Positions 28,760 to 38,981 of a stretch of 64,000 nucleotides of DNA are shown here, one piece after another (positions within the stretch are counted from its first letter, which is position 1; every line of letters starts with the position of its first letter). Made by a program: the position numbers and the translations under genes. Source of the stretch: an uncultured Candidatus Saccharibacteria bacterium (GTDB lineage Bacteria; Patescibacteriota; Saccharimonadia; Saccharimonadales; Saccharimonadaceae); NCBI GenBank assembly GCA_963548315.1, contig CAUUUJ010000001.1, forward strand, positions 4,838 through 68,837. The letters run 5' to 3'. The notes under the pieces were generated by a model that made no database searches, was not told the DNA's origin, and worked only from the letters and a program-made list of their open reading frames with translations.

Positions 28760-30262
28760 ATTTTCGTATAGTCCGATAATCAAGTCACCGTCATGGAATT
28801 CTTGCTTTAATTGCCAATAGGGCGGAACTTGTTTTTTATATTCATCATATGTTTTTTCGCGGAGAATGAGCCAGATTCTTGGAGATTTTACTAACTCTAA
28901 AGAACTAATTTCTGGAGTATTTAATTTTTTAATTAATCCCCATTCGCCAACCCAACCTAGCTCTTCTTTTGGCTTCAGAAGTATAATTTCTTTATTTGTG
29001 CGGTTGTAATAGGAAGTGTGAAAATAAGTGTAGATCTCGCCAGAAATAATAGCATCACTACTCTGGATATTTTCATTTATATGATTCATGGCTGTGTTGG
29101 TGTTATTCCAAGACGATTCTGCAATGTTTTTACTGCCAATATGCCACATGTAATGACCGATAAATAACGTCAGAATGATAGATATTCCAATAGACCACCA
29201 TTTTTTATTAGAAAAAATAAGCCCGATGAATATTGCAATCAAGCCGTAAAACGCTGGCGCTGAATAAGTGAAGTAGCGGTCTAAGTAAACTGGTCGACCC
29301 TGGCTGAGTGTGTAAACGATGATCATCGGTAGCAGTAACCAAATTGTTAAAATCCAAATTGCTGCTTGATATTTTGGGCGTTTTTTTGCTAGAATGAATG
29401 AAATTACGACTATAATTGGCGGCAGTAGCAACCCAAAATAGCGGACAATCCTGTCGTCGTAAGTTAAGAACATTGATAGTGTTGTTGGGATGGTAAATTT
29501 AGTGACTTCGGGGATCCAGAAACCGCCACTTACTCGGCTGGTTTGGGAGATCATAACTGGTAGCCAGGGGAGGAATAGCAAAAAGCATGTTCCTGCGGCA
29601 AGCCAAACGTTTTTATCCTTAAATATATTTTTTATGGCAGTGCGATTTCCGTCAAGTTTTAGCCATATATATGCGAAATGCGCGGGTAGCATTAATGCTA
29701 GAAAATATTGCGTATAAAGACCGAGTGCTACTAAAATTCCATATAGCACCCACCAGAACTTCTTATTTTTGTGCTCGACTGCCACGACAAATGCGTAAGT
29801 CATTGCTACAGCCAAAAGTGCCGCCAGCGCATACATTCGAGCTTCGTCGCTATAGCGAATTAAGAACGGTCCTAGTGCTGCTAAAAAACTTCCAAATACG
29901 GCAATTCTTTTAGAGAAAAGTTTTTGGAGTAATAGAAACAATAGAGCAATTGTCAGAACTCCGCACGCAACACTAAACCCTCTGAGTGAAGCTACGGAAT
30001 TGCCGAAAATCAATTGCCAAACATGCATGATAACGTAATAAAGCGGCGGGTGGACGTCCGTGGTCGTAATGGCGATAATTTCTCTGATTGGCTGCTGAAT
30101 GATGGCTGCCGTATATCCTTCATCATGCCAAATATCGGCTTTTGTTAAATAGGTAAGTCGAACGTTGATGGCTAAGATTAAGATTGGAATTAGCCAAATC
30201 CAACCGGGCATTTTATGAAGAAATGCATATAGCTTTTTAAGATATATACGGATTTTTTTCAT
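28751..30262 (-). CDS. GT-C fold glycosyltransferase (family 39/PMT-like)
   Basis: IWHDEGYT, DVHPPLYY, YSDEARMY; multi-TM. Confidence 0.85.
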   Translation of the reverse strand: MKKIRIYLKKLYAFLHKMPGWIWLIPILILAINVRLTYLTKADIWHDEGYTAAIIQQPIREIIAITTTDVHPPLYYVIMHVWQLIFGNSVASLRGFSVACGVLTIALLFLLLQKLFSKRIAVFGSFLAALGPFLIRYSDEARMYALAALLAVAMTYAFVVAVEHKNKKFWWVLYGILVALGLYTQYFLALMLPAHFAYIWLKLDGNRTAIKNIFKDKNVWLAAGTCFLLFLPWLPVMISQTSRVSGGFWIPEVTKFTIPTTLSMFLTYDDRIVRYFGLLLPPIIVVISFILAKKRPKYQAAIWILTIWLLLPMIIVYTLSQGRPVYLDRYFTYSAPAFYGLIAIFIGLIFSNKKWWSIGISIILTLFIGHYMWHIGSKNIAESSWNNTNTAMNHINENIQSSDAIISGEIYTYFHTSYYNRTNKEIILLKPKEELGWVGEWGLIKKLNTPEISSLELVKSPRIWLILREKTYDEYKKQVPPYWQLKQEFHDGDLIIGLYENKK

Positions 30263-30265
30263 GAA

Positions 30266-30988
30266 TTATCTGGATAATTTTAACGCTATCTCTCTCGCTT
30301 TATTCGCTAAAGTATCGTCAATTTTTCCCAATCCCGAATCTGAACTTACGCCGCGTCGCTCTAGTGCTTCGCCAATAAGAAAGTCTGCAATTTGCGGGTT
30401 TTTGGGTAGAATCGGGCCGTGAAGATAAGTGGCAATGATGTTGTTATAGCGAACACCTTCATTTGCGTCGGTCATATTATTGCCGGCGCCTTTAATAACT
30501 TGCCCAAGAGGTTTGGCAGTTCTATCTAAGAAAGTTTGTCCGCTGTGATTTTCATAGCCAACAATATCGCCAAATTCCTGGCTTCTAATGACAATGTTAC
30601 CAATCATCCGCTCGTCGCCAGCAATTGTTTCAATCGGCAGAATGTTAGCGCCAACAATTTCCTCGCCCTTGAGTGTTCGGAAAAATCGACCAAATAATTG
30701 GTACATTCCGCAAATCATCAACATCGGCACGCCATCTTTTGCTAATTGTCGCAGTTCATCAGCTCGCGCTAGAAGGTCGTTTTGGATAATCGTCTGCCCA
30801 GAATCTTGTCCGCCGCCGCCAACAAAAATATCAATTTTAGAAAAATCCGTTGAATCGCCTGGATTGTGATCGATAATCTCAACATCGAAGCCGCGTCGCT
30901 CTAGCCGTTTTTTCAGGACTAGCGTGTTGCCCCAGTCGCCATAAAGATTCATATCTCGCGGATAAAGTTGCGCAATTGTTATTTTCAT
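30266..30988 (-). CDS. gatD: Lipid II isoglutaminyl synthase glutaminase subunit GatD
   Basis: MNLYGDWGN, GGGQD, ICGMYQL, GYENHSG, YLHGPILPKNP. Confidence 0.9.
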   Translation of the reverse strand: MKITIAQLYPRDMNLYGDWGNTLVLKKRLERRGFDVEIIDHNPGDSTDFSKIDIFVGGGGQDSGQTIIQNDLLARADELRQLAKDGVPMLMICGMYQLFGRFFRTLKGEEIVGANILPIETIAGDERMIGNIVIRSQEFGDIVGYENHSGQTFLDRTAKPLGQVIKGAGNNMTDANEGVRYNNIIATYLHGPILPKNPQIADFLIGEALERRGVSSDSGLGKIDDTLANKAREIALKLSR

Positions 30989-32250
30989 TATGATATTTCC
31001 TCCACGTCGGTTTTTTCGCTCAGCAAGCGACGAATTGCTGTCATGGCTGTGTAGCTACAAAAAATCTGTTTTGGCTCGTCGGGATTAGTATTAATGAAAT
31101 CTTCCAGGGCTTTCGAAATATTGGTGTCAATTTTTCCAATTGGAATATCGTCATATTGGAGTCGCAAAGCCATATCGTAAGCGCGCGCACCGCTGATCAT
31201 CGCTACGTTTTTTAATAGCGAAAAATCGACGTCCCAGAACCAACTGACATCTCGTCCGTCGGCGTAATTGTCATTAACGGCGATCATCGTAGTGCTATTA
31301 TTTTTGGCGAACGACAGAAGTGCCAACCGAAAGCCGCTCGGATTTTTCACCAAAATAAGCTCAATTGGCGTGCCGTTTAAGTAAATCGTTTCGCCACGAC
31401 CAAACGCCGGCTTTATGTTTTCCAGCGCAGATAAAATCGTATCGGTAATTTCCGGTCCCGCGACTTGTCGAGCCAGGGCAACCGCCGCCGCCGCATTGAG
31501 AAGATTATAAACTCCAGTGAGTTGCAGATCTACGTCAATTTCTTTATTGTCAATTTGAAAAGTCGCCTGTTGAGAGTTAATTTTTTTCAATAAAACATCG
31601 GCAACTACGCTTTGATTTGCGACTGCGGTTCCGTATTTTAGAGTGTCGTCTGTTGGCATTAATTGAAGCAATTCGCTGGTTGTACCGAAGAAAACTTTTT
31701 TAGCCTGAATATGTTCGCTAATCTTAAAAATTCGCGGATCGTCGCGGTTGAGAACGACAGTGTCGCTGGTGGCTTCAGCTATTTTTTGAAGCAATGCGGC
31801 TGTATTGTCAATTTCTCCAAATCTGTCCAATTGATCGCGCATAACATTCAGAAGCAGGGAAAAGCGCGGACGAACAATCTGCACGAATTTAACCGCCCAA
31901 GCTTCGTCAAGTTCCAGAACTGCAATGTCGGCGTCCAGCTTGCCGCGAATATTAACCTCATCAAGTAGCGCCGCCGCCACGCCTCGGGAAAAATTGCTAC
32001 CAGTGCGATTAGTGAAGACTTTCAGCCCGACTGATTCCAGCAATTCTACGACGATTTTTGTCGTCGTCGTTTTCCCATTCGTTCCGCTGATAATCACCAC
32101 GCCTTGCGGTAAATCTGCCAACGTTCTCTGAATAAATTTTGGGTCAATTTTTTCAATCACCAAACCCGGCAAGGCTGAACCGCCGCCGCGTAATTTAGCG
32201 ACTTTCTTGACGCTTTTGCCAATAATAGTAATAATCATCTGTCTTGCCAT
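30988..32250 (-). CDS. murT: Lipid II isoglutaminyl synthase ligase subunit MurT
   Basis: GSALPG, SGTNGKTTT, RDQLDRFGE, LVKNPSG, ADGRDVSW. Confidence 0.92.
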   Translation of the reverse strand: MARQMIITIIGKSVKKVAKLRGGGSALPGLVIEKIDPKFIQRTLADLPQGVVIISGTNGKTTTTKIVVELLESVGLKVFTNRTGSNFSRGVAAALLDEVNIRGKLDADIAVLELDEAWAVKFVQIVRPRFSLLLNVMRDQLDRFGEIDNTAALLQKIAEATSDTVVLNRDDPRIFKISEHIQAKKVFFGTTSELLQLMPTDDTLKYGTAVANQSVVADVLLKKINSQQATFQIDNKEIDVDLQLTGVYNLLNAAAAVALARQVAGPEITDTILSALENIKPAFGRGETIYLNGTPIELILVKNPSGFRLALLSFAKNNSTTMIAVNDNYADGRDVSWFWDVDFSLLKNVAMISGARAYDMALRLQYDDIPIGKIDTNISKALEDFINTNPDEPKQIFCSYTAMTAIRRLLSEKTDVEEIS

Positions 32251-32294
32251 ATTGTCTATTATACTCTGCCGGGTCGATGTGCTACAATATCAAT

Positions 32295-32675
32295 ATGTTT
32301 TTGGTGGGTATCTTTCAGTGGTGGTATGGCAATGGCTTGTTGCAATATATACGACAAAGTTTTCTGGGAGTTTTACGAACCGCAGATTTTTTCTCAGTCG
32401 GGCTACTTTTGAAAACCTTATTCAATCCATTTCGCCAGATTTCAGCCGCTCCGGTTGGTGGCGACTTATCCGTGCAACTATCTGCGTTTTTTGACAAAAT
32501 GTTCTCGCGAGTAATTGGCGCGGTGGTGCGCTCCATGGTGATAATTATTGGAATATTGATGATATTGCTACGATTTTTGTGGATGATTGTAGGAATTATT
32601 ATGTGGCTGGCGCTGCCGCTGATGCCGTTTATCGGAATTATTTTATGGCAACTGGGAGTTTCTGTATGGAAATAG
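32295..32675 (+). CDS. Small membrane protein coupled to the Clp ATPase
   Basis: WWY...FFS..LLKTLFNPFRQ; overlaps the next ORF. Confidence 0.7.
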   Translation: MFLVGIFQWWYGNGLLQYIRQSFLGVLRTADFFSVGLLLKTLFNPFRQISAAPVGGDLSVQLSAFFDKMFSRVIGAVVRSMVIIIGILMILLRFLWMIVGIIMWLALPLMPFIGIILWQLGVSVWK

Positions 32676-35104
32676 AGCCGAGATTTAATTACGACAGTTT
32701 ACGATCTCAGAAAGCGCGATTTTCTGTAAGGTTTGGCAATGCTTGGCATATCGTGGCGATAGCTGTCGGCATTATGATGGTGCTACTTGGTTTGTGGTCG
32801 TTGATTGAACACGGGGCGATTGGCTGGCTATTATTTGGCCTGAGCGGTCCAATGATTATGGTGTCAATTTGGTGGGAAAAAGATCTTAAGACGGCGGAAA
32901 TTAGTAAAAATCCTAAGACAATTGACGATGTGATGGCGGCGGACGTTTTGGGTAAATTGCCGCGCAGGCCGACGCCGATTGATATTGCTGAGGCGATTAC
33001 AGGCACGCGAGCTGGGCAATTTTTATCGGTGCGGCTGGGTTTGACGCCGAATTTCTTGCGTAATATTTCCGTCGATGATCCGAATCGAACGGAGCAGATT
33101 TGGCAGGCGGCGATTGAAATTTGGCAGAGCACGAAAAGTCCGAAGATTACTAGTGCGGTTTTGGCGGCGGCGATAGTAAAGCAATTGCCGCAGCACAATT
33201 CTTTGCTGGCGAATATGAAGATCGATTTTCATGATATCGAGGAGGCTATTCGATGGTACGAGCGAATAAAGGCGCTGATTGACCAATATAAAGAGAAGCC
33301 GTTAAATACGGGCGGAATTGCTAGGGATTGGTCTTTTGGTTATACGCCGCTGTTGAGTCGATTTGCTCAGAATATTAGCGTCAGTGTATCTGGCGGCGCG
33401 TTTACGACTAAGTTGGCTGCGCACGAGGAGACGCTGGGGCAGATGCTTAAAACGTTTAGTTCTGGTGGGCGGCAGAATATTACGCTGGTTGGAGCTGATG
33501 GTGCTGGAAAAAGCACTGTCGTGTCGGCGTTTGCGGAAATGCTGATTGACGGACATCGAGGCGTTCCTGGTTCGCTGATGTACCAGCAAGTTTTTATGCT
33601 TGACGCGTCGTCGTTGATTAGCGTGGCGTCTGGTCGTGGGGAATTGGAAAATCTGGTTACGATGATTTTGAACGAAGCTTTTCTGTCGAAAAACGTGATT
33701 TTATGTCTGGACAATGCGCAATTATTCTTCGAAGAAGGCGTTGGTTCGGTTGACCTGAGTAATGTGTTATTGCCAATTCTGGAAGCAGGCAGACTTAGGA
33801 CAATTTTAACGATGGACGATCAGCGATTTTTGCAAATTTCCCAGACTAAGCCGCAGCTTGCTCACGCTTTGAATACAATTGCAATTCAGCCGTCAAACGA
33901 ACCTGAAACTATGAAAATTATGCGTGATCAATTGGTTTTATTTGAGGCGCAGCACAAAGTGACATATATGTATCAGGCGCTGGCGGAGGCGTATCGTGTT
34001 GGTGATCGTTATGTTCAGGACTTAGTGATGCCAGGTAAGGCGTTGAAAATTTTGGAAGCGGCGGCAAGTTATGCGAGTGGCGGGCTAGTGACCGCGCAAT
34101 CTGTGGACGACGCGATTGAAAAAACTCTTGGCATAAAAATCTCGGTAGCATCTTTGAGTGACGAAAAGGAAAAATTGTTGAACTTGGAGTCGTTAATTCA
34201 TCAGCGAATGATCAATCAAACGCGAGCCGTGACAGTTGTTTCTGACGCCATTCGTCGCGCGCGCACAGGTGTTAGAAATCAGAATCGACCGATTGGCGCA
34301 TTCCTGTTTCTTGGTCCGACTGGTGTTGGTAAAACGGAGCTTTCGAAAGCTTTGGCGGATGTTTATTTTGGCGGTGAGGGCAATATGATTCGCTTGGATT
34401 TGAACGAATTTGTTAGACCGGATGACGTGGCTAGGTTAATTGCGGATGGTGCGCGAGATCCAGGGAGTTTGACGGCTCAAGTTCAGAAGCGTCCGTTCTC
34501 TGTCGTGCTTTTGGATGAAATTGAAAAGGCTCATCCGCAGGTCTTGACGACACTTCTGCAGCTTTTGGATGAGGGAATATTGCGTGATGAAAATAACCGA
34601 GAAATTAGTTTTCGCGATACGATTGTAATTGCGACGTCAAATGCTGGCGCGGATAGAATTCGTGAATATATTGAGCGGGGCTATCAATTGGAGCAGTTCG
34701 AGCAGACATTTATTAACGAGTTGATTAATGCCAATTTATTCCGCCCAGAGTTTTTGAACCGTTTTGATGAAATTGTTCTGTTCCGTCCGCTAGGAAAAGA
34801 GGAATTGCTGCAGGTTGTTGATTTGATTTTGGCGGGAGTTAATAAGACTTTGGCGCCGCAAAAAATTCAAGTTGCGGTCGAGGAAGAAGGTAAGAAATTG
34901 CTAGTCGAGGCTGGCTATGATCCAAGATTGGGAGCTCGTCCGATGCGCCGCGTCGTCCAGCGCGCTGTTGAGAATACTGTCGCCAAGCAAATGCTAGCTG
35001 GCACAATTGCGCCTGGATCAACTACAATTATTACCACCGAACAAATCCGCCAGATCTTAAGCAGCCAAGCTCCTCAAGTGTCAGTGATTACTCCAAACAG
35101 TTAG
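32666..35104 (+). CDS. ClpA/ClpB-family AAA+ ATPase with N-terminal TM helices
   Basis: GADGAGKS, GPTGVGKT, LLDEIEKAH, FRPEFLNRFD, GARPMRR. Confidence 0.9.
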   Translation: MEIEPRFNYDSLRSQKARFSVRFGNAWHIVAIAVGIMMVLLGLWSLIEHGAIGWLLFGLSGPMIMVSIWWEKDLKTAEISKNPKTIDDVMAADVLGKLPRRPTPIDIAEAITGTRAGQFLSVRLGLTPNFLRNISVDDPNRTEQIWQAAIEIWQSTKSPKITSAVLAAAIVKQLPQHNSLLANMKIDFHDIEEAIRWYERIKALIDQYKEKPLNTGGIARDWSFGYTPLLSRFAQNISVSVSGGAFTTKLAAHEETLGQMLKTFSSGGRQNITLVGADGAGKSTVVSAFAEMLIDGHRGVPGSLMYQQVFMLDASSLISVASGRGELENLVTMILNEAFLSKNVILCLDNAQLFFEEGVGSVDLSNVLLPILEAGRLRTILTMDDQRFLQISQTKPQLAHALNTIAIQPSNEPETMKIMRDQLVLFEAQHKVTYMYQALAEAYRVGDRYVQDLVMPGKALKILEAAASYASGGLVTAQSVDDAIEKTLGIKISVASLSDEKEKLLNLESLIHQRMINQTRAVTVVSDAIRRARTGVRNQNRPIGAFLFLGPTGVGKTELSKALADVYFGGEGNMIRLDLNEFVRPDDVARLIADGARDPGSLTAQVQKRPFSVVLLDEIEKAHPQVLTTLLQLLDEGILRDENNREISFRDTIVIATSNAGADRIREYIERGYQLEQFEQTFINELINANLFRPEFLNRFDEIVLFRPLGKEELLQVVDLILAGVNKTLAPQKIQVAVEEEGKKLLVEAGYDPRLGARPMRRVVQRAVENTVAKQMLAGTIAPGSTTIITTEQIRQILSSQAPQVSVITPNS

Positions 35105-35829
35105 TTGAGTCTCTTGACGATAGATTTAGTGAACTCTCTGTTAAATGGAGTCACGGCTGCGACAGCGAATGTGCCAATACCTCTTACAAGTGCACGACTC
35201 TTAGCTTTGAAGCGTTCTTCGACTGCCATATTTGGATTTGAAGTGTCAATCTTTGGTGATTCAGACAAAAACGCCAACCGCACAGCTCTTGCGCCCAGTG
35301 CCAGACTCCTCTTTGTATCGCCAGCCAGCGCTTCAGCGAAGCCTGTACGAGCAGTAAAGTTAATGTCGTATTGGTCAATCTTGCGGTCCTTGTCGGTAGC
35401 ATGCTTGCGAGACTCTTCAATATAGCGCAGGCCTTTGCTTAGATTTTCTGTTGCCCGTTGAGAGTTTTCCTGATTATCATAAGAAGGGTCTGTTACGATA
35501 AGCTGCAGCTGCAGGGTTCCGAGCGTTGCGACGCTCGCGCCTAGTTCACGTAGTGTACTGCGATTCTCTTCTTCTTCGACCAAAGCTTTGTGTTGCTCCA
35601 CTGCTTCAGTAGCCCATTTTTCGGATTCATCGTAGTCGCCTTGATGGCGGTAGGCGGCACTTAAATCACGAGCAGCACGGGCTTGTTCGGATAAGTTTGG
35701 CGCCAAATTATAAGCCAGGGAGGCTAATATGGCCGCCTGCTCGAAATCTTTCTCGCGTATTGCTTTTAGAACGGCTTCCATTACGCTAGGGAAGTCATTT
35801 ATAGGCCTTTGTTCGTTAGTCTCCATCAT
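35101..35829 (-). CDS. Hypothetical TPR-like helical protein
   Basis: Ala-rich helical repeats (LSAAYRHQGDYDESEKW). Confidence 0.6.
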   Translation of the reverse strand: MMETNEQRPINDFPSVMEAVLKAIREKDFEQAAILASLAYNLAPNLSEQARAARDLSAAYRHQGDYDESEKWATEAVEQHKALVEEEENRSTLRELGASVATLGTLQLQLIVTDPSYDNQENSQRATENLSKGLRYIEESRKHATDKDRKIDQYDINFTARTGFAEALAGDTKRSLALGARAVRLAFLSESPKIDTSNPNMAVEERFKAKSRALVRGIGTFAVAAVTPFNREFTKSIVKRLN

Positions 35830-35883
35830 GATCCTATTTATACCACTATTTAATATAAAAAGCAAGCAAATAGTAGTTATAAT

Positions 35884-35907
35884 TAAAACCCGTCACAATA
35901 ACGGGTT
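35884..35907 (-). terminator. Terminator after the tRNA-Arg pair
   Basis: aacccgt / acgggtt stem with a T-run on the minus strand. Confidence 0.65.
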
Positions 35908-35911
35908 AATC

Positions 35912-35988
35912 TGGTACTCCGCACAGGAATCGAACCTGCAACCTTTGGTACCGGAAACCAACGCTCTATCCAGTTGAGCTAACGGGGC
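35912..35988 (-). tRNA. tRNA-Arg(CCG)
   Basis: Anticodon arm ttggt-ttccggt-accaa; GGTTCGA; CCA. Confidence 0.95.
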
Positions 35989-36012
35989 GTGTGTTTTGTT
36001 GATGCAATAAAA

Positions 36013-36089
36013 TGGTACACCCGGCAAGATTCGAACTTGCGACCCCTTGGTTCGAAGCCAAGTACTCTAATCCGCTGAGCTACGGGTGC
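36013..36089 (-). tRNA. tRNA-Arg(TCG)
   Basis: Anticodon arm cttgg-cttcgaa-ccaag; CCA. Confidence 0.95.
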
Positions 36090-36143
36090 GTATGAAGTTA
36101 TTATAACATAGATGACGTGTGAGTAAAATGATATACTATATGC

Positions 36144-37166
36144 ATGGACGTTATGACTAATATATCACTGAAACAATACACAACTATGAAATTGGGAGGT
36201 GAGACTCGTTATATGGCGACGGCGGATTCTGCTGGTGATGTTGTGTCGCTATATCGTAATGCCCGAAAGGAAAATTTGCCGATTTTTGTATTGGGTGGTG
36301 GCAGCAATGTGATTACGCATGACGAGGTTTTTGAAGGAATCGTACTGTTGAATAAGATCAAAGGTTTTGAGGTTATTTCTGAAACTGACGAAACAACTGA
36401 TGTAAAAATTGGTGCGGGCGAAGCCTGGGATGAGGTCGTTGAGAAGGCTATTGGGCTTGGACTTCAGGGAGTTGAGGCTATGTCGGGAATTCCTGGAACG
36501 GCTGGAGCTGCGCCGGTTCAGAACGTTGGGGCGTACGGGCAAGAAATTGCCGACACGTTGATTAGTCTGGAGGCTTACGATTCAAAAACCGACACGATTG
36601 TAACTATTTCCGCTGACGAATGTGATTTTTCTTATCGAAATAGCATTTTTCGCGACAAGGAAAAAGGGCGATATTGCATTCTGAATATTACTTTGCGATT
36701 AAATAAAGCAGAGCCGAAACCGCCATACTACGCTTCTTTACAGAAATATATTGATGAAAATGATATTCGTGAGGTTAATTTGTCAGTGATCCGCGTGGCA
36801 GTTCTTAATATTCGTTCGGAAAAATTGCCAGACCCAGCGGAATTGCCAAGTGCAGGTTCTTTCTTCAAAAACGCGTTGGTTGAAAAATGGAAATTGGAAG
36901 AATTGCAAAAAGAATATAGCGACATTCCAAATTATGCAATGTCTGACGGAAGATATAAAATACCGACAGGTTGGTTGATAGATAAGGCTGGCTTAAGGGG
37001 TTATCGCAGTCACGGCATGCGGGTTTATGAGAAGAACGCGTTGGTGCTTGTGAATGATTCGGCAACAGGATATGGTGACTTGGCAGCGATTCGCGAGGAA
37101 ATTGTGCAAATTGTCTTTGATAAATTTGGCATAAAAATCGAACAAGAGCCGCTAGAACTTTCCTAA
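36144..37166 (+). CDS. murB: UDP-N-acetylmuramate dehydrogenase
   Basis: LGGGSN, IPGTAGAAPVQNVGAYG, FSYRNS, SAGSFFKN, EQEP. Confidence 0.96.
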   Translation: MDVMTNISLKQYTTMKLGGETRYMATADSAGDVVSLYRNARKENLPIFVLGGGSNVITHDEVFEGIVLLNKIKGFEVISETDETTDVKIGAGEAWDEVVEKAIGLGLQGVEAMSGIPGTAGAAPVQNVGAYGQEIADTLISLEAYDSKTDTIVTISADECDFSYRNSIFRDKEKGRYCILNITLRLNKAEPKPPYYASLQKYIDENDIREVNLSVIRVAVLNIRSEKLPDPAELPSAGSFFKNALVEKWKLEELQKEYSDIPNYAMSDGRYKIPTGWLIDKAGLRGYRSHGMRVYEKNALVLVNDSATGYGDLAAIREEIVQIVFDKFGIKIEQEPLELS

Positions 37167-37211
37167 TAATAAGCATATGCTTTTTTGTAGATTTGCGCTA
37201 CAATATTGAAT

Positions 37212-37697
37212 ATGAATCGTGGGTCGGGTGGTTATACGATAGTTGAATTGGCGATAGTAGTGGTGGTTGTTGCGATTTTGGCTAGCATTGCCTTTGTTGG
37301 TGGTGGAAGATTTTTGAAATTAACCAAAGATCAGGAGCAGAGGGCTGATGTGTCTGAACTGTCCTTGAGGTTGGAACGATATTATAAATATAAAAATGTT
37401 AGTTCTATCGGTCACGAATATCCCTCCTGTGCTGATTTAATTAAGGATTTTTCGTCAATTGTAGGAGGTGATTCTCTGAAAAAGGAGACGATCAAGTGTA
37501 ATCGTAGTGATTGGGCTGGCGGAAATAATGGTGAGCTATTGTATGAAGCTTCGAATGTGGATGACGGCGATTGCACGAAGCCTGCGTCCGGTCCTGTGTC
37601 TGATGTTGTAGCGGTAACTTGTGTGAAATATAGCATTATATATAAAGAGTTTTCAACAGGAGTAGAGAAGAAGGTGGATAGTATATGGCGCGACTAG
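37212..37697 (+). CDS. Minor type IV pilin
   Basis: GYTIVELAIV. Confidence 0.85.
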   Translation: MNRGSGGYTIVELAIVVVVVAILASIAFVGGGRFLKLTKDQEQRADVSELSLRLERYYKYKNVSSIGHEYPSCADLIKDFSSIVGGDSLKKETIKCNRSDWAGGNNGELLYEASNVDDGDCTKPASGPVSDVVAVTCVKYSIIYKEFSTGVEKKVDSIWRD

Positions 37698-38149
37698 TAG
37701 GAAAAAGCGATGGATTTACTATTGTCGAAGTTGCAGTTACTCTGGTTGTTATTGGTATTTTCATGGTTGTTATATTAAGTATGCAAGCGCAAGTTAGCCA
37801 AATATCAGTCATGAATGCCCAGCACAACAAGGCGAGTCTTCTGGCATATAATAATATGCGTCGTTACGCAAATGATTCCGCTCCGTCTTGGTTTAAATGT
37901 ACAGACCCTCCTCCGATCTTTAGGGCTCCGGGTTCTAGATATAAAGTTGAGGAAAGTGTGGGTAATATTGACGGGTTACCAGGAACGGTTAAGCAGGAAG
38001 TATATGCATCAGCGCCATACGGATGTAAGAGTGGAACAGTTAGCCTGGGGATGCCGGTTAAAGTGGAGTCTATCGTAGAGTATGGATTGCCAAGCTCTGG
38101 TGCGGGTAGTGGAAAGAAGGTGGTACATGCGACATATGTGGCGTTCTAA
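37685..38149 (+). CDS. Minor type IV pilin (PilV-like position)
   Basis: GFTIVEVAV. Confidence 0.85.
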   Translation: MARLVGKSDGFTIVEVAVTLVVIGIFMVVILSMQAQVSQISVMNAQHNKASLLAYNNMRRYANDSAPSWFKCTDPPPIFRAPGSRYKVEESVGNIDGLPGTVKQEVYASAPYGCKSGTVSLGMPVKVESIVEYGLPSSGAGSGKKVVHATYVAF

Positions 38150-38981
38150 TGAGGGGGGCTTTACCGTAGTCGAATTGGCAATGGTGATGGTTATCATTGC
38201 AATGGTTGTCGGCGTATTTAGCCAGATGTTAATTTCTGCAAACCAAAGTGCGTCTATCAGCAAGGCAAAAGCCGAGATTAGTCGAAATATGCACAATTCT
38301 ATGGATGCAATTGAAACTGACGTTCGTCAAGCTTCGCGATTTAAGGTGAGTAGTCGCGATGGGGAAGACACTTTTGCTACGGATAAAAATTTCGCTGGCT
38401 CGACGCCCAGGGAATGGGGGTACAGGAATAATCCATACTCGAGCGGTACTGTTCATGATCCTGAGAAAAACTCATTAATATTATTGCAGTACGCTACAAA
38501 TATGGGACGAGGCGCCGATTCTAGGGAGATTGTGTATCTAAGAACTCCGAAGTTTGACTGCGGAGCAAATAAGACTCAGCAGCCAAAATATAAAAAAGTA
38601 GTCATGTACTTTTTGAAGAATGGAGAGCTGCATCGACGGACTATCTATAATGATTTAGTTGATTTCTCCAGTTATCCTCCAGCGCCATACTCAGGATCTG
38701 CTGCGGGTTACTTTTGTATGAATGGTACGGATGCTGATAAGTTTAAGGATCGAGCCATGAAGCTTCGTGAAGATTCGATTTTGGCAACTGGAGTTTCGGA
38801 ATTTAAGATTAATTACTATGATGGAAAAACGCTAATAAGCAAAAATAGCGACGCTCCAGATAGCGATAAGAAAGCTCTTGATGGCGCGGATAGTGTAGAA
38901 ATTACTCTGACAATTCAATCACCTAGCAAGCAAGTTTCTGATTCGCAAACCTTAACAATACGAAAGATAAATAACCTATGA
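38136..38981 (+). CDS. Minor type IV pilin (PilW-like)
   Basis: GFTVVELAM; large globular domain. Confidence 0.85.
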   Translation: MWRSNEGGFTVVELAMVMVIIAMVVGVFSQMLISANQSASISKAKAEISRNMHNSMDAIETDVRQASRFKVSSRDGEDTFATDKNFAGSTPREWGYRNNPYSSGTVHDPEKNSLILLQYATNMGRGADSREIVYLRTPKFDCGANKTQQPKYKKVVMYFLKNGELHRRTIYNDLVDFSSYPPAPYSGSAAGYFCMNGTDADKFKDRAMKLREDSILATGVSEFKINYYDGKTLISKNSDAPDSDKKALDGADSVEITLTIQSPSKQVSDSQTLTIRKINNL

